In this document: positions 17,730-27,820 of the stretch, piece by piece | Numbering within the stretch: the stretch's first letter is position 1 | How the letters are laid out: each line of letters begins with the position of its first letter | Assembly: GCA_965140445.1 (NCBI GenBank) | Contig: OZ223236.1 | Location: 896,001-960,000, forward strand | Direction of reading: 5' to 3' | Source: Candidatus Ozemobacteraceae bacterium | Lineage (GTDB): Bacteria; Muiribacteriota; Ozemobacteria; Ozemobacterales; Ozemobacteraceae | Length of the DNA stretch: 64,000 bases | Notes under the pieces: generated by a model | Database searches by the model: none | Seen by the model: the letters and a program-made list of their open reading frames with translations, nothing else | What the model was told of the DNA's origin: nothing | Translations under genes and position numbers: made by a program

Positions 17730-17738
17730 TGTTATAAT
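17730..17738 (+). promoter_or_regulatory. Extended -10 sigma70 promoter element for the RDD/MoxR operon
   Basis: Perfect TGnTATAAT about 55 nt upstream of ATG 17794. Confidence 0.55.
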
Positions 17739-17793
17739 TTCAGAGTATTATTGAAGAAAGAAAGAGGATTTTTTAAGGGTTGAGTATCTGTTT

Positions 17794-18288
17794 ATGCCTC
17801 AGGAAATGGTAATTCTTACTCCAGAAAATGCAGAAATCAGAGTGCCGTTAGCGGGCATGTTTACTCGTGCTGCTGCATTTTCGTATGACTTATGTATGAT
17901 TTTTGTGGGGCTTATTTTAATTTTGGTTGGTGCCTGGAGTGGATTATTCATACCTGTTTTAGGCTCGGTCATGAGGCTTACTGGCGGAGCCTTATTTGGA
18001 GTTTTTCAGATTGTTGCGATGATTTGGATTTTTGGATATTTTCCCTTTTTTGAATTGGTGAAAGATGGGAGAACTCCAGGCAAAAAAGCTTTTGGATTGA
18101 GAGTTGTTACTGTTTCCGGGCAAAAACTAAAGCTTTTTAATGCTATTTTGAGGAATTTTTTAAGAATTGCGGATTTTTTTCCATTTTTATTTTTTGCTGG
18201 CATGTTCACTACTCTTGTTACTGATAGGCACCAGCGAATTGGCGATTTGATTGCCGGAACAATCGTTATAAAAGAAGACCTGGATTAG
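17794..18288 (+). CDS. RDD family membrane protein
   Basis: AG...RAAAF.YD, G.TPGK..FGLRVV, RN..RI.D, QRIGDLIAGTIV. Confidence 0.9.
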   Translation: MPQEMVILTPENAEIRVPLAGMFTRAAAFSYDLCMIFVGLILILVGAWSGLFIPVLGSVMRLTGGALFGVFQIVAMIWIFGYFPFFELVKDGRTPGKKAFGLRVVTVSGQKLKLFNAILRNFLRIADFFPFLFFAGMFTTLVTDRHQRIGDLIAGTIVIKEDLD

Positions 18289-18290
18289 CT

Positions 18291-19343
18291 ATGGAAAATT
18301 TACACACAAAGAGCCAGTTTGAAGTTTGCCTTGATAACATTGAGAGCGCTGATCCTTTTAAGAGAAGGTATGGTGTTGCACTTCTTGAAAAGGTTGGGGG
18401 GAGTAAGGCTCTGCAGGTTGCTGGTGCCCTGATAAACGATTCTGATCCCGTTGTGTCTTCAAGTGCCAAAAGGATTTGTGCTGGTTTAAAAAAGTCCGGG
18501 TTGATGCTGCGAAATTTTTCGCAAAATTTACCATTAGCAGAAAAGCAGGTTGTAAGAGGCACCAGACAAATTCTGGATGAAGTGGTTTTTATTGCTAAGC
18601 GGAATTTGAACGAGTTAATGGTTAGTTCTTTTGCTATTTCTATTCCAAAGTTAGTAGTTGTTTCAATTATTTTTGCGTGGCCATACCTTGGAGACATTGT
18701 TTCTGATCTATTTTCTTTAGAGGTTTTTGCTCTGATGATATTCGTTCACCAGATATTTTGGAAACCATTTGCCTGGATTGGTGTTAGCAGAGCTTTTTTA
18801 AGGGGATACCCCGAAAGGACTACCAGACGCATTTCGAAGGCTCTTGATGATTGGTCCGCCTACAGCAGGTTGCTCCAACAGAACTTAAGCAATGCTTTTA
18901 TTTTTTCAATGACTCTGGTGGCAACTTTATACTTTTATAATAAAAATCAACTTGGTGACTTTCCTCACCTCATGATTCTCGTCATTTGGTTTGGTTGGTG
19001 GAGTTTAAGTATTAATTATATCCCCGTCTCAATTTTGAAAATGGAAAACAATGGATTTATTGATTCTATCAATTTGAGATTTAAAAACTTCTTCCCTCTA
19101 TCCAGAATCTCAATAGCCTTTGTAGCTGTTCTTGCTATACTTTATTCAATTGTTTTTGGCAGCTCCGTTGCCTCTTTAAGCGCATTAGGAGTTTCTCTAA
19201 AGTCCAGGCCTATAGATGTTAATAATAACTTTGGCAAACTGGTGATTGCCTTATGGATTACCGCTGACTGTTTCATAGAGCCTTTTATTATCTGTTTCAG
19301 ACTTCTTTTGACCAAGCTTTTTATCGAGGGAAAAAGAGAATGA
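18291..19343 (+). CDS. HEAT-repeat + multi-pass membrane protein
   Basis: N-terminal DPFKRRYGVALLEKVG...LINDSDPVV HEAT-like repeat; about six hydrophobic segments. Confidence 0.6.
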   Translation: MENLHTKSQFEVCLDNIESADPFKRRYGVALLEKVGGSKALQVAGALINDSDPVVSSSAKRICAGLKKSGLMLRNFSQNLPLAEKQVVRGTRQILDEVVFIAKRNLNELMVSSFAISIPKLVVVSIIFAWPYLGDIVSDLFSLEVFALMIFVHQIFWKPFAWIGVSRAFLRGYPERTTRRISKALDDWSAYSRLLQQNLSNAFIFSMTLVATLYFYNKNQLGDFPHLMILVIWFGWWSLSINYIPVSILKMENNGFIDSINLRFKNFFPLSRISIAFVAVLAILYSIVFGSSVASLSALGVSLKSRPIDVNNNFGKLVIALWITADCFIEPFIICFRLLLTKLFIEGKRE

Positions 19344-20704
19344 GAATCTGGACATTTATTTTATTAACTTTTATTGCTTCAGTTCTTAATGCTGAAACAA
19401 TTGATTATCAGGAGTTTTCTAAGCAAATTGATCAGATTGAGAATCATTTCAATTTGGCTTCAAGGAAAAATTTTATTCTGGATGATGAAGCTGCTGATAG
19501 CCTTATGAAGCTGTCTGGAGTTACTGAAGTTAAGGCTGTAAAGCAAAATTATGTTTTGAATTTAAGCTGGATAGGAAATGTTTCTTCCCAGATTAAATCC
19601 GAAGACGATTTAAATAAGCGAAAATTAATTTATACAAATCTGGTTGATACATTAGTTGGATTCCGCACTGAATTAACATTTGAAAGTGAGAATGAAGGGG
19701 CTACGAGAAAAGAGATGGAAGATGCTCTTGAAAGAGCAATGAAGAAAACCATGCCGATTATTTTGTCTCGCGGTGCAAGTATTGATGAGTCTATTGAGTG
19801 GAGCGGCGAGGGGGCATGCGTTATGGAAGGTTCCGGAGATGGAATCAGCGTAATTAATGCTCAAAATGCAAACAGCGGGTATTCTGGTTATCGTAGGAGC
19901 AATGGGGTAAGAGGCTTTGCCAGCGGCGGAAGCTCAGGAAGCTATGGAAGTTATAGCGGAAAGTCTTTTTCAAAAGTTAATGGTTCGAATTCTTCTTCTT
20001 CTTCTTCCAGGCATTTCTCAAACAATTCTTTTAGTAAGCAGCCAGTAAAAAATACTGGGCACTTTAGCTCACAAAATACTTCCTACCATAAGGCGCCGCA
20101 AAATAATAGTTCAAATAGCTCTCGATCATCACCATCTGGAAGTAATTTTAAGCCGTCAAACTCTGGCTCACGCAAAACTAAACCGCCCACACCAACGCCA
20201 ACGCCCAGGAAAGTTCCACCTCCACCAAAACCTAAAACAAACTCATCTATAACCTTAATTTACTGGCTGGTTGGAATTGTTTTTGTAATTGGACTCTTTT
20301 CGCTGTTGTTCTTTATTTACAAAAAGCTCCAGGAAAAAATTCTTAATGAAGAGGTTTCACTGGAAAAAGAAGAAAGTCAGTTAGCTACAGAAAGAATGAA
20401 GACTGAAACCATATATGATATGGCTGTTAAGGCCGCAGAAGCTGGAAACTATGAAGAGGCTATAAGGCTTTTAACGGTAGGCTCTCTCCTGTTGCTTGAA
20501 AAACAGCAGATTGTAGATTTTAAAGACAGTCTTACCAATGGTGAATACTTACATGAATTGCTCGCCGAGAGGAAGCGACACGAGCTTTTTAAAAAGCCTT
20601 TATCTATATTTGATCGAATTATTTACGGATTTGCAAAAACTGAAAAAAGCGACTACGAACTTTTCAAAAGCTTTTATCTGGAGTTGGAGAAGCTTGAGGG
20701 ATGA
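19340..20704 (+). CDS. DUF4129-domain membrane protein with Ser/Gly/Pro-rich linker
   Basis: Signal peptide, low-complexity linker, one TM, then A..G.YEEAIR...TNGEY...FD.IIYG DUF4129-like tail. Confidence 0.75.
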   Translation: MRIWTFILLTFIASVLNAETIDYQEFSKQIDQIENHFNLASRKNFILDDEAADSLMKLSGVTEVKAVKQNYVLNLSWIGNVSSQIKSEDDLNKRKLIYTNLVDTLVGFRTELTFESENEGATRKEMEDALERAMKKTMPIILSRGASIDESIEWSGEGACVMEGSGDGISVINAQNANSGYSGYRRSNGVRGFASGGSSGSYGSYSGKSFSKVNGSNSSSSSSRHFSNNSFSKQPVKNTGHFSSQNTSYHKAPQNNSSNSSRSSPSGSNFKPSNSGSRKTKPPTPTPTPRKVPPPPKPKTNSSITLIYWLVGIVFVIGLFSLLFFIYKKLQEKILNEEVSLEKEESQLATERMKTETIYDMAVKAAEAGNYEEAIRLLTVGSLLLLEKQQIVDFKDSLTNGEYLHELLAERKRHELFKKPLSIFDRIIYGFAKTEKSDYELFKSFYLELEKLEG

Positions 20705-21951
20705 ATAATAGAAGAACCTTAAATCTAGCTCGAGGATATGCAATTTTCTTTTTATGTCTATTTGTGTTCACTATGTGGGGGATAAACCTGTTCTCTGTCT
20801 CTCAGGTAGAGGTTGAATTTAATGATATTGAATCAGACCCTAAAGAGCTTGTCGCGATCGGTGGAACCAGATCTTATACTTTTAAGCCAAAGCCGTTTTT
20901 GTATTACTACTTTAAGGAATTGGGCTATGATCTGAAATTTGTAAAGTCTTCACCTGTTGATCCTCAGGGGTTGTTAATGATTATAACTCCACCTGAAAAC
21001 CTCGGACCTGATAGGCTGCGAGAAGTTTTTAGATGGGTTCGCCGAGGTGGAAAGCTTATTTTTCTTTCACCGAAGTATCACAGGATTGATCAAGTTGCTG
21101 GAATTAGCCGGGAAAAGGGCGATAATCATGGCGCAAAAAGTATCGAGCTAAAACTTCCCTGGCTATATGGGGCGGAAAGAATAAGTCAGTCACAATCTGA
21201 AATGTCGCGTAGGCCGATTGGGAGTTTATATTCTCTTTTTGACGAGGAAAGAGTTGGAATGCCTGTCTTTTTCACTCATCGTGGAGATGGTGTGTTTATA
21301 ATGATTTCCCATCCTGATCTATTAAACGGAAGAGGACTTAAAAGATATGATAATCTTCCGTTTTTAACTCGTATTGTTGAGCGCTTTTCAAGCAATTACA
21401 AAATCTATATCTATGATAGCCAGCCAGAAGCCAAAATTAGTGTCAGGGGCAGAATTATGGCTGAGAAGCAAAAGAGCTTTACAAGCAAAAAACGAACAGA
21501 TGACCTGACATTATGGGGATTGCTAAAAGCTAATCCTATCAGCTGGGTTCTTGTCCAGATGGCTTTTGCTTTAGGTGTGTTTTTCCTGTCGACCGGGAGG
21601 AGATTTGGTGCTGCTATTCCTTTCAAGGATGGGGAACAGGATGGAGCTTCTTTTATTAATAATCTTGGAAAAATGCTTGCGGATAAAGGTGCAAGTTCTT
21701 ACGCATTAGAAGGAATCTATTCAGATTTTATGGTGGCGGCCAGAAAGCGTTTTAATTTGGATTCTTCAGCAGATTTCAAAGCCTTAACGAATGCCATTGG
21801 GCTCTCTCATCCACAAATTGCGCAATCTCTGTTAATGATAGAAGCTGATTGCTACAAGATCTTAAACGAAAAAAATAAATCACAAAAATCACTATTAAGG
21901 GTAGTTAAAACCCTGGAACTGGCTAGAAAGGAATTAAAACTCTATGATTGA
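20701..21951 (+). CDS. DUF4350-domain membrane protein
   Basis: N-terminal TM, WVRRGGKL, PDLLNG.GL...DN, second TM, RRFG motif; sits between DUF4129 and MoxR. Confidence 0.7.
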   Translation: MNNRRTLNLARGYAIFFLCLFVFTMWGINLFSVSQVEVEFNDIESDPKELVAIGGTRSYTFKPKPFLYYYFKELGYDLKFVKSSPVDPQGLLMIITPPENLGPDRLREVFRWVRRGGKLIFLSPKYHRIDQVAGISREKGDNHGAKSIELKLPWLYGAERISQSQSEMSRRPIGSLYSLFDEERVGMPVFFTHRGDGVFIMISHPDLLNGRGLKRYDNLPFLTRIVERFSSNYKIYIYDSQPEAKISVRGRIMAEKQKSFTSKKRTDDLTLWGLLKANPISWVLVQMAFALGVFFLSTGRRFGAAIPFKDGEQDGASFINNLGKMLADKGASSYALEGIYSDFMVAARKRFNLDSSADFKALTNAIGLSHPQIAQSLLMIEADCYKILNEKNKSQKSLLRVVKTLELARKELKLYD

Positions 21952-22903
21952 TCCGAACAGAGTAAAAGAGATTTTTGAAGGTCTTCGTAAGGAGATCGGA
22001 AAAGTTATTGTCGGGCAAGAAGAAGCTATTGATCTCATGCTCGCTGCTTTATTGGTAAAAGGGCATGTTTTGCTTGAAGGGGTTCCTGGAACTGCCAAAA
22101 CTCTTACCGTTAAAACAGTTGCAGAAATTATTGGTGCCGGTTTCCGTAGAATTCAGATGACCCCCGACTTAATGCCATCGGATGTGCTTGGGACAACCAT
22201 ATTTGATGCTAAGTCAGGCACTTTTCATGTTCATAAGGGGCCAATATTTAGTGATTTGGTTCTCGTTGATGAAATTAATCGTGCGCCCGCCAAAACCCAA
22301 TCTGCTCTTCTTGAGTGCATGGAAGAGCATCAGGTTACGATCGAGGGCCAAAAGTTTTCTTTGTCTTCTATTTTTACTGTTATGGCCACTCAAAATCCGC
22401 TTGAATATGAAGGAACCTATCCTTTGCCTGAGGCACAATTAGACAGGTTTTTGTTCAAAATTATTCTGGATTACCCTTCAGAAGATGCAGAGAGAGAAAT
22501 TCTAACTAAATTCGAATCTGGTTTTAGATCAGATGCTATTGAATCTGTTGGGCTTGAGCACATAGCTACTGTGGAAGAAATCCAGCAATGCCGTGAAATT
22601 TTAAAAAATATTCAGACTAAAGATGCTGTGCGGGATTATGTTGCAGAGATAGTAAGAGCTACCAGAACCTGGTCTGACATTCAGATTGGTGGCGGAATCA
22701 GAGCGAGCATTGGTTTGCTTCTGGCTTCAAAGGCTGCTGCATTAATGAATGGCAGAGCGTTTGTTACTCCAGACGATGTGAAAATGATGGTTTTTCCGGT
22801 GTTGCGCCATCGTATTATTCTAAGACCAGAAGCCGAGATTGAAGGCATTACCCCAGATGATGCCTTAGAGGCTATTTTAAGTCGTATAAAGGTGCCCAGG
22901 TGA
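21944..22903 (+). CDS. moxR: MoxR family AAA+ ATPase
   Basis: GHVLLEGVPGTAKT, RIQMTPDLMPSD, DEINRAPAKTQSALLE, ATQNPLE.EGTYPLPEAQLDRF. Confidence 0.95.
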   Translation: MIDPNRVKEIFEGLRKEIGKVIVGQEEAIDLMLAALLVKGHVLLEGVPGTAKTLTVKTVAEIIGAGFRRIQMTPDLMPSDVLGTTIFDAKSGTFHVHKGPIFSDLVLVDEINRAPAKTQSALLECMEEHQVTIEGQKFSLSSIFTVMATQNPLEYEGTYPLPEAQLDRFLFKIILDYPSEDAEREILTKFESGFRSDAIESVGLEHIATVEEIQQCREILKNIQTKDAVRDYVAEIVRATRTWSDIQIGGGIRASIGLLLASKAAALMNGRAFVTPDDVKMMVFPVLRHRIILRPEAEIEGITPDDALEAILSRIKVPR

Positions 22904-24405
22904 ATTTAAAAAAGAAGGAAAAACCAGTTCTGGAGGGAACTATTCTCTTCGTGGGCTGTATTCTTGCCATTATTTCTCCATTCATCATTGTCCCCATTGC
23001 ATTGTCTATTGCGGTGAGCGGTATGGTATTGGATAAATTTATCAGTAAAAATGCCAGGATTCCTTCAATCCCAGATTTGTTTCGTCAGGGAAAGGTTGTT
23101 GTTACTACCAGAGTTGTTTTGCTTTTATTGCTGGGCACTTTGCCTTTGATGATTTCCTCAAGTCATCAACAGGCGGTTGCTATTTTTGTTTTGTACAACA
23201 TCTTTGTTTTTGGTTTGATCATTCTGGATGTAGTTCTCTCTCCAAAGCCAGAAAACCTTACTGTTTCGAGAAAAGTGTCAGGGAAACTATCTATTGGGCG
23301 TGAAAATGCTGTTGAATTAATCATTACGAATCAATCTTACCGGCCTATAGAAATTGAATTTTTGGATGAATTTCCGGAAGAATTTTCTGGGAACGGCAAA
23401 AATATAGAATTAAAGTTAGATCGACGAACAAGCGCGACAATTAACTATAAGGTCGTTCCCCCTCGTAGAGGGTGCTACTTTTTTAACAGCACTATTATCA
23501 GGTTCAGAGGCCTTTTAGAGCTTGTTGTTTTTCAGGAAGCCTATGGAACTCCTTCCAGGGTTGAAGTTTACCCTGATATATCAAGTATTTCGCGTTTTGA
23601 TTTGATGATGAAAAGAAGCCATCTTATAGAAACCGGATTGATTTCTGAAAGGAGAAGAGGCAGCGGAACAAACTTTGAAAGCCTTAGAGAATATGTGCGA
23701 GGAGATGAATTTAGAAAGATAGATTGGAAAGCCAGCGCACGAAAAAACAAGCTTATCTCGCGAGAATTTCAATCTGAAGTTAATCAATCTGTTATGGTTC
23801 TTGTTGATTGTAGCAGGGCAATGGCGTCTAAGGTTGATGAGATTACCATGCTGGATCATTCAGTTAACGGAGCTTTATTACTTGGCCATCAAGTATTGAA
23901 AAAGGGCGATAAAATAGGACTTCTGACTTTTTCAGAGGGCCCGCACGCCTTACTATTACCGAATAGAGGAAAGAATCATTTTTTCTCTTTTTTAAGGCAT
24001 CTGTATTCAATTGAAGCCAATAGGGTTGAAGCCGATTTTCATTCTGCGGTGGATCTTTTGACAAAATCAAAGTTGAAAAGATCTTTGATCATGATAATTA
24101 CCGATCTCACATCTGGTACTAGCGTGGAAAAAATAATGGAAGCTGTTCCAAAGCTTAGCCGAAAGCATCTTCCGGTAATTATTTCGGTGATTGACCCTGC
24201 CCTAAAAGAAGCGGCTAACTCTGTTCCTGAAACGTCCGCGGAGGTATACAGAAAAGTTGTAGCCAGGAATCTGATTGCAAGAATTCAGGAGCTGAGAGAA
24301 AAAATTGAAAAAGTTGGGGTTGCAACACTTTTGATTACGCCAAAAGAGCTTAATTCAAGCTTGTTGTCACAGTATTTGAAAGTAAAGTTAAGATCCAGAC
24401 TTTAG
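22900..24405 (+). CDS. DUF58 (VWA-like) domain membrane protein
   Basis: FESLREYVRGDEFRKIDWKASAR, LVDCSRAM, IITDL; follows MoxR. Confidence 0.9.
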   Translation: MNLKKKEKPVLEGTILFVGCILAIISPFIIVPIALSIAVSGMVLDKFISKNARIPSIPDLFRQGKVVVTTRVVLLLLLGTLPLMISSSHQQAVAIFVLYNIFVFGLIILDVVLSPKPENLTVSRKVSGKLSIGRENAVELIITNQSYRPIEIEFLDEFPEEFSGNGKNIELKLDRRTSATINYKVVPPRRGCYFFNSTIIRFRGLLELVVFQEAYGTPSRVEVYPDISSISRFDLMMKRSHLIETGLISERRRGSGTNFESLREYVRGDEFRKIDWKASARKNKLISREFQSEVNQSVMVLVDCSRAMASKVDEITMLDHSVNGALLLGHQVLKKGDKIGLLTFSEGPHALLLPNRGKNHFFSFLRHLYSIEANRVEADFHSAVDLLTKSKLKRSLIMIITDLTSGTSVEKIMEAVPKLSRKHLPVIISVIDPALKEAANSVPETSAEVYRKVVARNLIARIQELREKIEKVGVATLLITPKELNSSLLSQYLKVKLRSRL

Positions 24406-25374
24406 TAATGCCTTATTTGAAAATGCAAAAAAGGCTATTATTGTTACCAACGAAATTCCAGAAAAAACAAACTTGAAAATCTCTGGCAATTTTGCGGGAG
24501 TGATGTAGGCTTCTATTAATGCTGCGAGCACGAGAAGGGGAATTACGCCGACCACCATCTTTATTGAATCTTCTCCTTCTCTTACCAGGGCGTCTTTTCG
24601 ATGAAACTTGCCTGGATTTATTAATGCATATCCGATTATCATGCCAGCGGCTCCACAAATGAAAATACAGGTAAGCTCCAGAAAGCCATGAGGTAAAATC
24701 AGCGACCAGAAGAAGCTTGCCAATCCGCCTTCTTGATACAAAGATGCAAGACCGCCTAACAATAAACCGTTAAAAATTAGAATAAATATTGTTCCAATTC
24801 CAAGAAATATACCTGTTGCAAAGGCTTTAATAGATACTCGAATGTTGTTGGTCATGATAAAACTGGAAATGCCAAAATTAGATTCTGATGAGCTTATTCG
24901 GGGCTTTTCCGGATCAATATGTTTTATAGATTGTTGATAAACTGATTGGGCTTCGGGCGAGATAACCAGATCTATCAGTTTTGATTTTTCATTAATACAT
25001 AAGAAGCCAATTAGCGCTGAAACCAAAAATATTAAAGTGCTGGCGATAACGAAATGAATTCGTTTTCTGACAATAGCTGGAAAATCAAAAAGAAAGAAAA
25101 CTAATAAGTCCATTATTCCCATGGCTTTTCCCTGATAAATTAAGCCGTAAGCTCTTAAGGCAAGTTTGTTTATTTTTTGCCTGGTTTCAGGGTCCTCTTT
25201 GCAAGAGCTTAGCTTGTTCAAATCAGAGATTAGTTCTGTGTAAAGGGCGCCAAGTCTTAAAATGTCAAAGGAACTTGTTTTTTGGGGATAGTTTTCGAAC
25301 CGATCTATTAGTGCTTCGGTTTCACGCCATCTTTTTTGTTTGGTTTCATCTAAATCCATAGTTTTAGCGATCAC
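24388..25374 (-). CDS. Stage II sporulation protein M (SpoIIM/DUF95) family membrane protein
   Basis: IMTNNIRV...FNGLLLG...ILPHG.LELT...AALIEAYITP. Confidence 0.9.
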   Translation of the reverse strand: MIAKTMDLDETKQKRWRETEALIDRFENYPQKTSSFDILRLGALYTELISDLNKLSSCKEDPETRQKINKLALRAYGLIYQGKAMGIMDLLVFFLFDFPAIVRKRIHFVIASTLIFLVSALIGFLCINEKSKLIDLVISPEAQSVYQQSIKHIDPEKPRISSSESNFGISSFIMTNNIRVSIKAFATGIFLGIGTIFILIFNGLLLGGLASLYQEGGLASFFWSLILPHGFLELTCIFICGAAGMIIGYALINPGKFHRKDALVREGEDSIKMVVGVIPLLVLAALIEAYITPAKLPEIFKFVFSGISLVTIIAFFAFSNKALLKSGS

Positions 25375-25861
25375 TTTCTACTGTTCCGTGGACGGAACAA
25401 GAAATAACTCCATCTCCATTTAAGTCACCTATGGTTCCATACTTTCCTTTTTCTGGACATTCAGGTTTACTTCTTAGATACTTGCCCTCAATTAGCACTG
25501 AAATAAAGTCTTCGTCAAGAGTTGACTGCGTTTCTGTGTGGTCCATGTTATACATTTCTGTCGCACCCAGCAAAACTCTCATATTTGCGTAACAGGCTTT
25601 TTCCCTTGCCATCGGTCGAGAGCCTCTTATGCTAGCACCTGGAAGAGCAATTGCGGCCAAAATTAATACAATTCCTATAACAATAAAAAATTCAATAATA
25701 CTAAACCGTTTTCCGCTTTGTGGAGCCTGACTGTAATCGAAAACTAAAATTTGATCAGCCTCATTGGCAGAAGGATCAATCTGAAATCCGCATCCTCTGC
25801 AAAACCTGCTTTCCTCATTATTAGAAAAACCGCATGATGGACAAAGCAGCTCATTATCCAT
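25364..25861 (-). CDS. Zinc-ribbon + pilin-like protein
   Basis: CPSC-x10-CRGC ribbon; internal KRFSIIEFFIVIGIVLILAAIA pilin-like helix; ACYAN...CPEKG.Y...CSVHG. Confidence 0.7.
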   Translation of the reverse strand: MDNELLCPSCGFSNNEESRFCRGCGFQIDPSANEADQILVFDYSQAPQSGKRFSIIEFFIVIGIVLILAAIALPGASIRGSRPMAREKACYANMRVLLGATEMYNMDHTETQSTLDEDFISVLIEGKYLRSKPECPEKGKYGTIGDLNGDGVISCSVHGTVESDR

Positions 25862-25987
25862 TAAAAAGAAGTCCTCCAGCCAGCAAAAGTCATGTTTTTT
25901 GAATTATATCATTTTGCAGGATTTTTTAAAGCTCTGGTAATTTCGCATCTTACTGGCAATTTTCAAAAAAGTAACGAAAAGCGCTAA

Positions 25988-26581
25988 TTACAGATCTGGA
26001 GCTTTGTTTTCAAGTCCCAAATCTGACGGGATTATGCTGTATATATGATGATCAACCCAGTTGTCATTTTCATATATAAAGCTCCGTCTTACTCCCTCAT
26101 AAATAAATCCCAATTTTTCTACCAGCGAAATTGATGGCTGATTATCCAAGTTTATCGCAGCCTCAATTCGGTGATAGCTCAGAAGGTTGAATGATAGCAA
26201 TAAGGCTTCTTTTACCGCTGCGCTTGCAAAGCCTCTTCGCCAGAACTGATTATGAATAGTATAGCCAATATTTGCCCACTGATTGTCACCCCGCAGGATA
26301 GTTGCAACATCAATTATACCAACATGCTGACCTGTTTTTGAGCAAAATACTCCCCAAACATAAATTTGATCATTTTGGGCATACGAGCGGTATCGTTTGA
26401 GTCTTATCAGATAGGCTGTTTTGGTTAATTTCTCTGGTGGAAGGGGTTCTGGATCATATTTGTGCTGAGGTGGAAGCTCATTTAGGTAGCCTGCTCTCCA
26501 GTTTTCAAAATCATCCTCCATTAGCGGGCGAAGGGTAACTAATTGGTTTTTTACGCTTAGATTCATTGCATTTATGGTCAT
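25988..26581 (-). CDS. GNAT acetyltransferase (RimJ/RimL type)
   Basis: IGYTI...WRRGFA, N.PSI.L.EKLGF..EG.RR, WVDH. Confidence 0.9.
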   Translation of the reverse strand: MTINAMNLSVKNQLVTLRPLMEDDFENWRAGYLNELPPQHKYDPEPLPPEKLTKTAYLIRLKRYRSYAQNDQIYVWGVFCSKTGQHVGIIDVATILRGDNQWANIGYTIHNQFWRRGFASAAVKEALLLSFNLLSYHRIEAAINLDNQPSISLVEKLGFIYEGVRRSFIYENDNWVDHHIYSIIPSDLGLENKAPDL

Positions 26582-27174
26582 CTTTTTTTTGCGATAACTG
26601 TGAAAATGTGCCAGTTTTTATTAATTCCGCTGGCTGTTGCTCCCAGCTCATTTCTTTCAGCAAGCGTAATAATTTCAAAATTTTGTAGTAACTCCTCTAC
26701 TTCATCCTTGTAGTGGTAATTGAGTGGATTGTCTGAGTTTTTTGCCCAGGTGTCTTCTGGACCCATGAAATTGCCACAGAAGTAACCTCCCGGCTGTATG
26801 CATGCTTGAATTTTATTCCAGATAATTGGGAACTCGGTTTTATCGGTAAAGAAAAGGCAAAAACTGGCATTTAGTAAATCACAGGGCGGATAATGAAAGT
26901 CGGAAAAATTAGAAGTATAACATCGGAGCTTTTCTCGAAATTCATCAGAGATCCTTTTTTCAAGATATGAGATTGCTGCGGCTTCCTGGTCAAAGGCAAA
27001 CACCTCAAAACCGCTTTTTAGAAGAAGACTGGTATCTCTTCCTGCTCCACATCCACAATCTATGGCTACCTTTGTGTTAGCATTGTTAAGCAACTCAATG
27101 GTTGATACTAAATGCTTGTGAGGTGGCTGGGAAAAAGTTGTTTCATAATATTCTTCCCACTTATTTTCCGTCAT
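26578..27174 (-). CDS. Class I SAM-dependent methyltransferase
   Basis: AIDCGCGAGRD motif I; PGGYF. Confidence 0.88.
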   Translation of the reverse strand: MTENKWEEYYETTFSQPPHKHLVSTIELLNNANTKVAIDCGCGAGRDTSLLLKSGFEVFAFDQEAAAISYLEKRISDEFREKLRCYTSNFSDFHYPPCDLLNASFCLFFTDKTEFPIIWNKIQACIQPGGYFCGNFMGPEDTWAKNSDNPLNYHYKDEVEELLQNFEIITLAERNELGATASGINKNWHIFTVIAKKR

Positions 27175-27181
27175 TTTTTGC

Positions 27182-27757
27182 TTAATCCTTTTTCAGTAAA
27201 TTATCCGCAAGCTTTTCTATTTGTGCAAATAATTCCGGGCGCTTCTTTACTTCACCAGACTCCATTAGCTCGCAGCCTCTAACAATGTGAAACTCTTCAT
27301 ATTCAAAAAGATTTGCTAGTTGAGAGTATTTTTCGGGAATTTCTTTAAAAACTTCTTCACTCGCCCCCTGGGTGAAAATAAAAATCACTTTTTTTCCTTT
27401 TGGCAGCCTGCATTTATCTGGGCCAGTCATAAATTGAGGGGTTAAATGAGAGAAGGTGCGATCGATAAACAGTTTAAACTGTCCAGTAACATCGTAGAAG
27501 TAGTTTGGGGTAGCCATAACGATAATGTCGGACTTATGCATTTCTTCCAGAGTTTCGGTAAGATCATCTTTAATTACGCATTTTTCAGATTTACTTTTAC
27601 ATGCCCCGCAGGCTTTACAACCTTTGTAAGACATTTTTTCAAGGTGAAAGGATTTAACCTTTGCTCCAGCCTTTTCTGCTTTTTCAAGAAAAGCTTTCGC
27701 AAGTAAACTGCTGTTGCCATTTTTTTGTGGACTTCCAAGGACCGCCATTACTCTCAT
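27182..27757 (-). CDS. Flavodoxin family / iron-sulfur flavoprotein (NADPH-dependent FMN reductase fold)
   Basis: GSPQKNGNS, CKACGAC-x6-C, TPNYF, KLFIDR. Confidence 0.9.
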   Translation of the reverse strand: MRVMAVLGSPQKNGNSSLLAKAFLEKAEKAGAKVKSFHLEKMSYKGCKACGACKSKSEKCVIKDDLTETLEEMHKSDIIVMATPNYFYDVTGQFKLFIDRTFSHLTPQFMTGPDKCRLPKGKKVIFIFTQGASEEVFKEIPEKYSQLANLFEYEEFHIVRGCELMESGEVKKRPELFAQIEKLADNLLKKD

Positions 27758-27820
27758 TTTTATTCTCCCAACAATCTGGATAAAATTTGGTCACCGATTG
27801 GTGACTTGTTTCTTGATAAA

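Noticed and set aside
24388..25374. Evidence of sporulation from SpoIIM and SpoIIE family names
   Set aside because: Both families are widespread in non-sporulating bacteria, and the contexts here are MoxR and CHASE2 modules
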